This document shows, piece after piece, positions 1 through 6,844 of a DNA stretch of 64,000 bases. Position 1 is the first letter of the stretch. The number at the start of each line of letters is the position of its first letter. The stretch is from positions 71,156 to 135,155 of the forward strand of contig CAWBIJ010000003.1 of the NCBI GenBank assembly GCA_963788975.1. The letters run 5' to 3'. The notes beneath the pieces were generated by a model. It had not been told where the DNA came from, did not search any database, and saw nothing but the letters and a program-made list of their open reading frames with translations. The DNA comes from an uncultured Solirubrobacterales bacterium. Lineage in GTDB: Bacteria; Actinomycetota; Thermoleophilia; Solirubrobacterales; 70-9. The translations under genes were made by a program, and so were the position numbers.

Positions 1-577
1 CGCGGTCGAACATGATGTTCGAGGCTCGGAACTCGTCGCGCCGGTTGACCACGGTCAGGTCGCTGGCGAACTTGGAGATGAAGATCGAGTCCTCCATCGC
101 CGAGTCGCCGCCGCCGACCACGATCACCTTCTGGCCTTTGAAGAAGGCGCCGTCGCAGACGCCGCAGGTGGAGACGCCGCGGCCGCCCAGCTCCATCTCC
201 CCGGGGACGCCGAGCCGGCGCGGCTCCGCCCCCATCGCCAGGACCACAGCCTTTGCCAGGTGCTCCTCGTCGCCAAGGTAGACCTTCTGGACGCCGCCGT
301 CGGAGAGCTCGACCCGGTCGACGTCGTCGGTGACGAAGCGTGTACCGAAGCGCTCCGCCTGGGCCCGGAACTGGGTCATCATCTCCGGCCCCATGATCCC
401 CTCCGGATAGCCGGGGTAGTTCTCGACATCGGTTGTGTTCTGTAGCTGTCCGCCCCACTGGAAGCCCTCGAAGACAAGCGGCTCGAGGTTGGCACGCGCC
501 GCGTAGAGCGCCGCGGTGTAGCCGGCGGGGCCGCCGCCGACCACGATCAGGTTCTCGACTCTCTTCTCGTCTGCCAT
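1..577 (-). CDS. trxB: thioredoxin-disulfide reductase (3' end cut by window edge)
   Basis: Minus-strand translation from the ATG at 575-577 gives [31 protein letters not shown]...[52 protein letters not shown]. It has the FAD GxGxxG motif, a CxxC redox pair and a second GGGDSA Rossmann motif. It is absent from the ORF track because no stop codon lies in the window. Confidence 0.9.
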   Translation of the reverse strand, partial: MADEKRVENLIVVGGGPAGYTAALYAARANLEPLVFEGFQWGGQLQNTTDVENYPGYPEGIMGPEMMTQFRAQAERFGTRFVTDDVDRVELSDGGVQKVYLGDEEHLAKAVVLAMGAEPRRLGVPGEMELGGRGVSTCGVCDGAFFKGQKVIVVGGGDSAMEDSIFISKFASDLTVVNRRDEFRASNIMFDR

Positions 578-646
578 CTGTTGCCTAAGTCTTTCGTATC
601 CGGATGTCGACCCAATACTTTACTTTGTATAGTACCGCCTTCGAGC

Positions 647-668
647 GGTAGTGGGTCAATTTGAGCGA
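647..668. repeat. left terminal inverted repeat of the IS1-family element
   Basis: GGTAGTGGGTCAATTTGAGCGA, preceded by CTTCGAGC (639-646). Confidence 0.8.
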
Positions 669-766
669 GCCGCAGGATTCATCTAGCTTCGCCTTCCCAG
701 ATTGACCAAAGCGCCCCCCGCGCAGCGCTAACTGCCGGGGGGCCGGCACAGGAAGGCAGGCTTCCC

Positions 767-1012
767 ATGCAGGCGAATCCTAGGCCGCGCAGCACTTGCG
801 CGGATGCGGTCGTCCAGCGCGCAGTCATGGCGATGGCACTGGCCGTGTACCCGATGTGGCGCACGATCCCTGAACTTGGCCGCAAGATCGACTGCGGAGA
901 CGCCGCAGAGCGTGCCGTGCGCGATCTCGTCGGCATCGGCTTGCTGGAGTGCCGGGGTGTCTCCATCAGGCCGACTCTCGCTGCCATCCACTTCGACCGC
1001 CTCGGCCTATGA
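767..1012 (+). CDS. small putative winged-helix DNA-binding protein (passenger gene)
   Basis: 81-aa ORF whose stop overlaps the next gene's start (ATGA at 1009-1012). The segment IPELGRKIDCGDAAERAVRDLVGIGLLECRGVSIRPTLAAIHFDRL resembles small wHTH proteins. The start is uncertain. Confidence 0.45.
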   Translation: MQANPRPRSTCADAVVQRAVMAMALAVYPMWRTIPELGRKIDCGDAAERAVRDLVGIGLLECRGVSIRPTLAAIHFDRLGL

Positions 1013-1281
1013 ACGTCGCGACCTGCTTCGGCAGGAACCTCGCCCGTTGCCGCAAGCAGGTCGGGATCTCGCAGGAAGAGGCGGCGGTGCGAGCCTCGCT
1101 TCATCGCACCGCAGTTGGGCAGCTTGAGCGCGGGGAACGGACGGCTCGCGTGGATACCCTCGTCAAGTTGGCCGGGGCACTGGGCGTCGAGCCTGGCGAG
1201 CTGCTGGACGGCCTCGAATGGGAGCCGGGAGGAACGCGCCTCGGCCGCTTCGAGCTACCCGATGCGGACGCTACGCTCTGA
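1009..1281 (+). CDS. XRE (Cro/C1) family helix-turn-helix transcriptional regulator
   Basis: MNVATCFGRNLARCRKQVGISQEEAAVRASLHRTAVGQLERGERTARVDTLVKLAGALGV is a classic XRE HTH. I chose the internal ATG at 1009 of ORF 949-1281. Confidence 0.8.
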   Translation: MNVATCFGRNLARCRKQVGISQEEAAVRASLHRTAVGQLERGERTARVDTLVKLAGALGVEPGELLDGLEWEPGGTRLGRFELPDADATL

Positions 1282-1283
1282 GC

Positions 1284-1505
1284 ATGACCAAGCAGTCCAA
1301 GAAGCCTGCCGACCTGAATCGCCTCGCTGCTGCCATTGTCGACGATGCGACTAACGAAACACCGCAGGAGCCAGAAAACCGGCACGCACAAGCTGGACGG
1401 AAGGGCGGCGTCAAGGGGGGCAAAGCGCGCGCTGAGCGCCTGACGCCCGAGCGGCGGTCAGAGATCGCTCAAGCCGCTGCCAGGGCACGCTGGAACCGTC
1501 CCTAG
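1284..1505 (+). CDS. small basic hypothetical protein
   Basis: Internal ATG of ORF 1218-1505, 3 bp after the XRE stop. MTKQSKKPADLN...GRKGGVKGGKARAERLTPERRSEIAQAAARARW carries a lysine/arginine-rich C-terminal motif seen in small nucleic-acid-binding-like proteins. The function is unknown. Confidence 0.5.
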   Translation: MTKQSKKPADLNRLAAAIVDDATNETPQEPENRHAQAGRKGGVKGGKARAERLTPERRSEIAQAAARARWNRP

Positions 1506-1891
1506 CGACGAGCAGCAAGGTTCCCGGTGGTACGCAAGACGTGGTTGAGGCGCTTGCGGCCAGCCGTGACCTGATCCATCTTTCCCTCACAGCACAAGAT
1601 CGCACGGGCGAACTGGTGGGACGGCACTGACCTCAGCTCCTTCCGGACAAGGATCACCCCGATTTGGTGCCGGTTCAAAACGTCGATGATTTCTCGATCC
1701 TTCTTGCCCCGATCATGGGTCACTAGCACCGCCCCCTTTTCCGAGCACCAGGTGCAGTTGTCCTCATCGGAGCTGCCGGCAGGGGGTGCTTCAGGCTCAC
1801 CCACGACGTGCGCTTCAAGGCCAAGGGTTCTCAGGGCCGTCCCAATCGCGGCACCGCCTGGAAGCCCCTGATCAAATAGCAGCCGCTGCAA
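1502..1891 (-). CDS. DUF5615-type PIN-like putative toxin
   Basis: 129-aa ORF MQRLLFDQGLPGGAAIGTALRTLGLEAHVVGE...AVLVTHDRGKKDREIIDVL, directly downstream of a DUF433 protein. This resembles the Mut7-C/PIN-like DUF5615 family that pairs with DUF433 antitoxins. Confidence 0.65.
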   Translation of the reverse strand: MQRLLFDQGLPGGAAIGTALRTLGLEAHVVGEPEAPPAGSSDEDNCTWCSEKGAVLVTHDRGKKDREIIDVLNRHQIGVILVRKELRSVPSHQFARAILCCEGKMDQVTAGRKRLNHVLRTTGNLAARR

Positions 1892-1919
1892 GTCGGCCCT
1901 GCTCCTCCCTCGTAAAAGC

Positions 1920-2588
1920 TCAGTTGTGAAGTGCTGAAAGGCGCCGCTCGAAAGTCAAAGCCGCATTGGCCTGCTTGCCGCTGATTCCAAACTGACTGGC
2001 GATCTCGTCCACGCTCGCGTGTCTGGTCATCTCACGGATCGATTCCGTTGGGATGCGAGTGCCCTCTATAACCGGCTCGCCGAACTGGACGCGAGGGTCA
2101 ACAACGATGTACTTCATGGGCATCCAGGCAGAGGCGCTGCCCTCGTCGTAGCGCACATGAGTGAGCCGCTCCTTCACTGCCTCGCGCATCACCTGCTGTC
2201 CGTGACGCTCTGCCGACTCGATCTGACCGCCAGCAACCAGCTCGTCGTCTACGAAGACGCCGCAGCCATCGGTCTTGATGTCTTCGCTTACGAAGGGCCG
2301 GTCGGTCTTCCACTTCCTGCGCAGATATGCCTCGGCCTCCCGGATGTGGCGGCGCTGAACCCCCCTGCGCTTCAGCTCCCGCACCACAAACAGACTGATT
2401 AGGTCGCCGAAGCTGTAGTCGGGCCGCCAGCGAGTATGGCCAACCGGGTTCAGCACCTCAGTAAGCCAGTCAAGGACGTACTCGCCGTCTTTTTGCTCCC
2501 CACTGAAGGAAACGTAGGCACGCAGACTCGCGAGGCTGTACAGCCCCTGGCCAAGCTCAGTTCCGCGCTCAAGCCCTTTGATCGCCAA
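1920..2588 (-). CDS. DUF433 domain protein (putative antitoxin with N-terminal extension)
   Basis: The C-terminus IVVDPRVQFGEPVIEGTRIPTESIREMTRHASVDEIASQFGISGKQANAALTF matches the DUF433 signature (P.v.fG.P.i.GTRI). It sits 29 bp upstream of the DUF5615 ORF. Confidence 0.7.
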   Translation of the reverse strand: MAIKGLERGTELGQGLYSLASLRAYVSFSGEQKDGEYVLDWLTEVLNPVGHTRWRPDYSFGDLISLFVVRELKRRGVQRRHIREAEAYLRRKWKTDRPFVSEDIKTDGCGVFVDDELVAGGQIESAERHGQQVMREAVKERLTHVRYDEGSASAWMPMKYIVVDPRVQFGEPVIEGTRIPTESIREMTRHASVDEIASQFGISGKQANAALTFERRLSALHN

Positions 2589-2720
2589 TCCGTTTCCTTT
2601 CCGATGAGAAGTGCGTGCTGCGTTCGACGGGGTTTGCTAAGACCCTTCGATACCAAAACCTATACCGGGAGGTTTCCACTCAGCCAAGACGCAACTTTTC
2701 CGTCCGATAGCTCAAGCAAA

Positions 2721-3557
2721 ATGGTCAATATGAATCGGCTCTCGACTGAGAAGCGCGCGCAGATCATCGGCGCGCTCGTAGAGGGCAACAGCATCCGCGC
2801 CACGGTGCGAATGACCGGAGCGGCCAAGAACACGATCACCAAGCTCCTAGGCGATCTCGGGGAAGCCTGCACCGTCTACCAGGACCAGACGCTGCGCGAT
2901 CTCCCCTGCAAAGTGATCGAGGCCGACGAGATCTGGGCCTACTGCTACGCGAAGAAAAAGAACGTGCCGGAGGAGTTCAAAGGGACTCCCGGCTACGGCG
3001 ATGTCTGGACCTATACGGCCCTCTGCGCCGACACCAAGCTCGTTCCTAGCTGGCTCGTCGGGGAGCAAAGCACCGACGACGCCTACGTCTTCATGTGCGA
3101 CCTGGCGAGCCGGATGGCGAATCGCATCCAGCTAACGACCGATGGGAACAGCATCTACGAACAGGCCGTGGGGCCAGCCTTCCGCCAGAAGGTCGATTGG
3201 GCGCAGATCCACAAGACCTACAGCTCGCCTGGTCCCACTGCCGAGTACAAATACAGCCCGCCGGTCTGCACTGGCGCGAAGGTCCGGGCCCTGAAGGGCG
3301 ATCCCGACCGGGACCGGATCTCGACCAGCTACGTCGAGCGGCAGAACCTCTCAATGCGAATGGGTATGCGGCGCTTCACGCGGCTGACAAACGGCTTCAG
3401 TCGCAGGGTCGAGAACTTGGCCCACGCGGTCAGCCTCCACTTCCTTCATTACAACTTCGCCCGCTCGCACCAGACGCTCCAGATGACGCCGGCGATGGCG
3501 GCCGGAGTTGCGGATCACCGCTGGAGCCTCGAAGAGATCGCGGCACTATTGGACTGA
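2721..3557 (+). CDS. IS1 family transposase (single ORF)
   Basis: Internal ATG of ORF 2436-3557. There is an N-terminal HTH (LSTEKRAQIIGALVEGNSIRATVRMTGAAKNTITKLL). DDE-type motifs are DEIWAYCYAKKKN, LTTDGNSIY and SYVERQNLSMRMGMRRFTRLTNGFSRRVENLAHAVSLHFLHYNFARSHQTL, typical of IS1-family proteins. Confidence 0.85.
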   Translation: MVNMNRLSTEKRAQIIGALVEGNSIRATVRMTGAAKNTITKLLGDLGEACTVYQDQTLRDLPCKVIEADEIWAYCYAKKKNVPEEFKGTPGYGDVWTYTALCADTKLVPSWLVGEQSTDDAYVFMCDLASRMANRIQLTTDGNSIYEQAVGPAFRQKVDWAQIHKTYSSPGPTAEYKYSPPVCTGAKVRALKGDPDRDRISTSYVERQNLSMRMGMRRFTRLTNGFSRRVENLAHAVSLHFLHYNFARSHQTLQMTPAMAAGVADHRWSLEEIAALLD

Positions 3558-3792
3558 GCGTCCGATGGCGCTGGTATTCGTAGCTCCGCAGTTACCTCTA
3601 AGGGAACTGCTGGTAGTTCATCCCGCGAACCCCTCGGCAGGCATCGTCTCCACGTCTAAGCCCTGTCGAGGGGTTACGACTTTCGACGCCTAGCTTGAGA
3701 TCTCCTTTGGCTGGGGTCTTGCTCAAAGGCTTCGCCAATCATGCTGTTCTGTCCGGACAGAATGACCCAGACTGGATCAGTCTGACCCGAAA

Positions 3793-3814
3793 TCGCTCAA
3801 ACTGACCCACTACC
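3793..3814. repeat. right terminal inverted repeat of the IS1-family element
   Basis: TCGCTCAAACTGACCCACTACC is the reverse complement of the left repeat with one mismatch. It is followed by CTTCGAGC (3815-3822). Confidence 0.8.
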
Positions 3815-3823
3815 CTTCGAGCC

Positions 3824-4942
3824 TCAGCTGGAAGCGGGCTCCAGCGCCTTCGGACCCGCGTCTCGCTCGATCGGCAGCCCCTCGCTCTCCCATTCTTGGG
3901 CGGTGTGGCGAAGCTGGAGGAAGGCGACGATCCCCAGAGGGAGCGGCATCCAGAAGGCAATCAGCCGGTAGACCAGGATCGCCGGGAAGACGGTCTCCTC
4001 GGGGATGCCGAAGAGGACGAAGGCGCCGATCATCCCGGCATCCACCGCCCCGACACCCGCCGGCGCCAGCGGGAAGAGGTTGGCGACCATGCCGAGGAAG
4101 AAGCCCTGGACCACGACCGCGAGCGGGACGTGCACGCCGAAGGCCTTGAAGGAAGCCCAGAGGATGCCGATGTTGGCCGCCCAGAAGCCGGCGGCGCCGA
4201 TCACCGCCAGCCCACCCCGCGACGGGTTGGCGAAGAGCCCGGCCGTGAACCTCAGCCCCTCACCGGCGATCGCCGGCACCTTGGCGATGTTGGCGACGAT
4301 CGCTTTGCTCCGCTCACTGCGGGCGAACCCTTCGACCCGCTTTCCCAGGTCGGGCGGGATCAGAGCCACCAGCACACCGAGGATTAGCAGCAGGCCCGCG
4401 ACCCCGGCCGGAATGATCGTCAGCTCGACCGAGCTCTTGCCCGGCACGACCCCGGTTCGCAGCAGGATCCCGCAGACGATCAGCGCCAGCGGGTAGAAGA
4501 AGTACTGGAGCGCGAGGAAGGCGACCATCCGCCTCCCCACGTCGTGCCGCGGCATCCCGGCCTTGCGCAGCGCCCAGAACGTGAGGGCGATGCCGCCCGC
4601 GCCGCCGGCCGAGAAGAGCCGCGTCGCGGCAACCCCGGCCATGTTGATCTCGTAGGTCTCCTTCCAGCTGAGCGGCAGCGCGTCCCCGCCGACCACGGCC
4701 TTGAACAACGCGATGTAGGTGGCGATCGCGACGACGTTGAAGCAAACCGCGACGGCGACCCAGAGGAGGTCGGCTTCGCTCAGCTTGCCGAGCGCGTCGC
4801 CGAGGCCGACCAGGCGCGGGAAGAGGAAGTAGATCGCGACCAGGAGGATGAGGACGAGCAGGGCGGTCTGGACGACCCGCCGTCGCGTGAACAGCGGCAG
4901 TTCGACGGCGCCGTTACCGTTCGCCGAGTCCTGCGGAGACAC
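3824..4942 (-). CDS. polytopic membrane protein, lysylphosphatidylglycerol-synthase TM-region/flippase-like (UPF0104-like)
   Basis: 372-aa ORF with about 8 hydrophobic helices. The overall pattern resembles the UPF0104/MprF flippase-like domain. The family call is tentative. Confidence 0.6.
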   Translation of the reverse strand: MSPQDSANGNGAVELPLFTRRRVVQTALLVLILLVAIYFLFPRLVGLGDALGKLSEADLLWVAVAVCFNVVAIATYIALFKAVVGGDALPLSWKETYEINMAGVAATRLFSAGGAGGIALTFWALRKAGMPRHDVGRRMVAFLALQYFFYPLALIVCGILLRTGVVPGKSSVELTIIPAGVAGLLLILGVLVALIPPDLGKRVEGFARSERSKAIVANIAKVPAIAGEGLRFTAGLFANPSRGGLAVIGAAGFWAANIGILWASFKAFGVHVPLAVVVQGFFLGMVANLFPLAPAGVGAVDAGMIGAFVLFGIPEETVFPAILVYRLIAFWMPLPLGIVAFLQLRHTAQEWESEGLPIERDAGPKALEPASS

Positions 4943-4952
4943 CCCAGGGAAG

Positions 4953-5897
4953 CTACCCGCTCGCGAGGCGCTCTAGACGCCGCAACCCGCGATTCACCCT
5001 CAGCACCGCCGGTTCGGCGAGCGGCTCGCCGCGTCGCACGGCAGCGACCAGACCCGCTCCGGCGAGCAGATCGGTGACGTAGTGCTCGCCCAGGTAGACG
5101 AGCGCGAAGCCCAACGTCAGCGCGTAGCTCCAGCCAGCCGCCCCCTCGGCGCGTCCCGCTTCGGAAAGCACGATTGCCGCGATCACCGAGGTCGCGAAGT
5201 GCAGCGAGGGCATCGCCGCCCAAGGATTACCTCCGAGCGCCCCGTACATCGCCGGCCACGCCTTTCCCCATGTCGGTTCACCGACCTCGACCATGATCCG
5301 CCGCACCTCTTCCCCGGTCAGGCCCTGCTCGGATGCCCACCACGGTGGCGCCGTCGGCACGGCGAAGTAGCCGACGCAACCGAGGTCGAAGACGGCAGCG
5401 AGCTGGCGAGCCGCGCGGGGAAAGCGCTCGGGGTGGCGGAGGAGGATCCAGACGAGAGCGGCATAGGGCTCGAGGAACCAAAGCCAGTGCACCCAGGTGA
5501 GGAGGCGGTCGACGCCGTTGACCCGGCCGAGTCGGGCGAGGGCGCGCTGCAGACGGGCGTTGGGCAGCCGCCCGAGGCCGATCGCACGGTCGATTGCGAT
5601 CGGGTAGCGGCTGCGCAGGCGCCGGCGCAGGCGCTCCGGATCGTCGTAGGGAAGCTCGTGCACCATCGTGAAGGCCCACATCTGCATCGCGTAGAGGACG
5701 ACGTCGCGCTTGTGGGAGCGCGGGCGCAGAACGGCGACCGCCAACGGCCCGCTCGCGCAGGCTGCAACCGTGACCGGAGCGGGAATGCGCAGGCGACGCC
5801 TCAGCAGCGGCACGGCCACCGCGGCGACCAGCGCGCCCGCCGCCCCGGCGCGCACCACCGTGCGTAGCGCCGGAGATGGCCGGGAGCGCCTGCGCAT
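4953..5897 (-). CDS. PAP2-superfamily membrane phosphatase/phosphotransferase-like protein
   Basis: The C-terminal motifs MPSLHFATSV and YLGEHYVTDLLAG match PAP2 motifs C2/C3 (SxH ... HxxxD). I chose the start at ATG 5895-5897 because the ATG at 5996 lies inside an intergenic repeat. The start is uncertain. Confidence 0.6.
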   Translation of the reverse strand: MRRRSRPSPALRTVVRAGAAGALVAAVAVPLLRRRLRIPAPVTVAACASGPLAVAVLRPRSHKRDVVLYAMQMWAFTMVHELPYDDPERLRRRLRSRYPIAIDRAIGLGRLPNARLQRALARLGRVNGVDRLLTWVHWLWFLEPYAALVWILLRHPERFPRAARQLAAVFDLGCVGYFAVPTAPPWWASEQGLTGEEVRRIMVEVGEPTWGKAWPAMYGALGGNPWAAMPSLHFATSVIAAIVLSEAGRAEGAAGWSYALTLGFALVYLGEHYVTDLLAGAGLVAAVRRGEPLAEPAVLRVNRGLRRLERLASG

Positions 5898-5993
5898 AAG
5901 GTCGGCGAGTATAGGTCCGCGGCAGCGGGCGGGCGGGAGCGGGGCGCCGCCCCTCCTGATTAGAATGGCCGCGCTTTGGAGCCGAGGACTCAT

Positions 5994-6139
5994 CACGAAA
6001 TCCCCGCGTGTGCGGCTGGCGAGCGCCGGACCAAGCGGGGCAAGGACGCAGGGAGGCCCAATAGCAGCGCTATTTGGCCGACCGAGGACGCCGCACCGCG
6101 CCGGTCCGCCGCCGCCAGACGTGCGCGAGGGGTTTCGTG
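5994..6139. repeat. palindromic intergenic repeat, long form (copy A)
   Basis: The termini CACGAAATCCCC...GGGGTTTCGTG are inverted. About 95 nt of core (GGCTGGCGAGCGCCGGACCAAGCGGGGCAAGGACGCAGGGAGGCC.AATAGCA.CGCTATTTGGCCGACCGAGGACGCCGCACCGCGC) are near-identical to 47956-48052. Confidence 0.8.
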
Positions 6140-6844
6140 ATGAGTCCCAGCTCCCCTGGCACCGACCAGATCCAGACCCTGTTCGGCATCGGCTTCGTCG
6201 CTTTTGCGATCGTCGCCGTCGTCGTCAATGGCGCGCTGATCTACGCGCTGCGTCGCCGCCGCGCCGGTCGCGGCGCCCAGGCCGCCGATCCCGAGCCCCG
6301 ATCGGGGCGTCACCCCCAGCTCCGTGTCGGCGCTGCGCTCGGTGTCTTCGCGACGGCGATCCTCGTGCTCAGCCTGGTCTTCACCGAGAAGGCGCGCGAG
6401 GCTCCCGCGACCGGACCCGCCGGTCTCCAGGCCAAAGGTTCGGAGCCGCTGAGGATCACGGCGACCGGTCAGCAGTGGCTGTGGCGCTACGAGTACCCCA
6501 ACGGAGCCTTCTCCTATTACAAGCTGGTGGTGCCGGTCGACACCGCGATCAAGCTCGAGCTCGGCTCCACCGACGTGATCCACACCTGGAACGTGCCCAG
6601 CCTTGCCGGCAAGCGTGACGCCGTGCCGGGCAGGGTCCACGAGGTCTCCTTCCTAGCCGACGAGGAGGGCAGCTACACGGGCCGGGCCGCGACCCTCTCC
6701 GGCGCCGCCTTTGCGGCGATGGGCACCGAAGTCGAGGCCGTCTCTCCCGAGGAGTACGAGAGCTACGTGAAACAGCTCGACGCCGACATCCAGGCCGCCC
6801 AGGACGAGGTCGTCAGCCAAATCGAAAGCGGGGAGACGCCATGA
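6140..6844 (+). CDS. cytochrome oxidase subunit II-like protein lacking the CuA ligands
   Basis: Internal ATG of ORF 6074-6844. It has two N-terminal TM helices and a cupredoxin domain (QQWLWRYEYP, DVIHTWNVPSLAGKRDAVPG). The CuA loop reads GRAATLSGAAFAAM instead of CxExCGxxHxxM. Confidence 0.75.
   Translation: MSPSSPGTDQIQTLFGIGFVAFAIVAVVVNGALIYALRRRRAGRGAQAADPEPRSGRHPQLRVGAALGVFATAILVLSLVFTEKAREAPATGPAGLQAKGSEPLRITATGQQWLWRYEYPNGAFSYYKLVVPVDTAIKLELGSTDVIHTWNVPSLAGKRDAVPGRVHEVSFLADEEGSYTGRAATLSGAAFAAMGTEVEAVSPEEYESYVKQLDADIQAAQDEVVSQIESGETP

Larger units (their letters stand above)
647..3814 (+). mobile_element. IS1-family insertion sequence carrying passenger genes (3,168 bp)
   Basis: 22-bp terminal inverted repeats GGTAGTGGGTCA[A/G]TTTGAGCGA lie at 647-668 and as the reverse complement at 3793-3814 (21/22 identical). 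The ends fit the IS1 GGnnnTG pattern. Identical 8-bp direct repeats CTTCGAGC flank them at 639-646 and 3815-3822. Inside are one single-ORF IS1-type transposase and five other ORFs. Confidence 0.75.

Noticed and set aside
641-668. An apparent 28-bp inverted repeat starting at TCGA with a 4-bp GCCT duplication.
   Set aside because: It is better explained as 22-bp inverted repeats starting at GGTAGTG plus an 8-bp direct repeat CTTCGAGC. CTTCGAGC is itself partly palindromic, which created the illusion of longer inverted repeats.
2589-2720. Searched for transposase-proximal inverted repeats around the IS1-like gene (2590-2720 versus 3558-3700).
   Set aside because: I found only weak, gapped similarities such as CGATACCAAAAC versus CGAATACCAGCG, far poorer than the outer 22-bp repeats.
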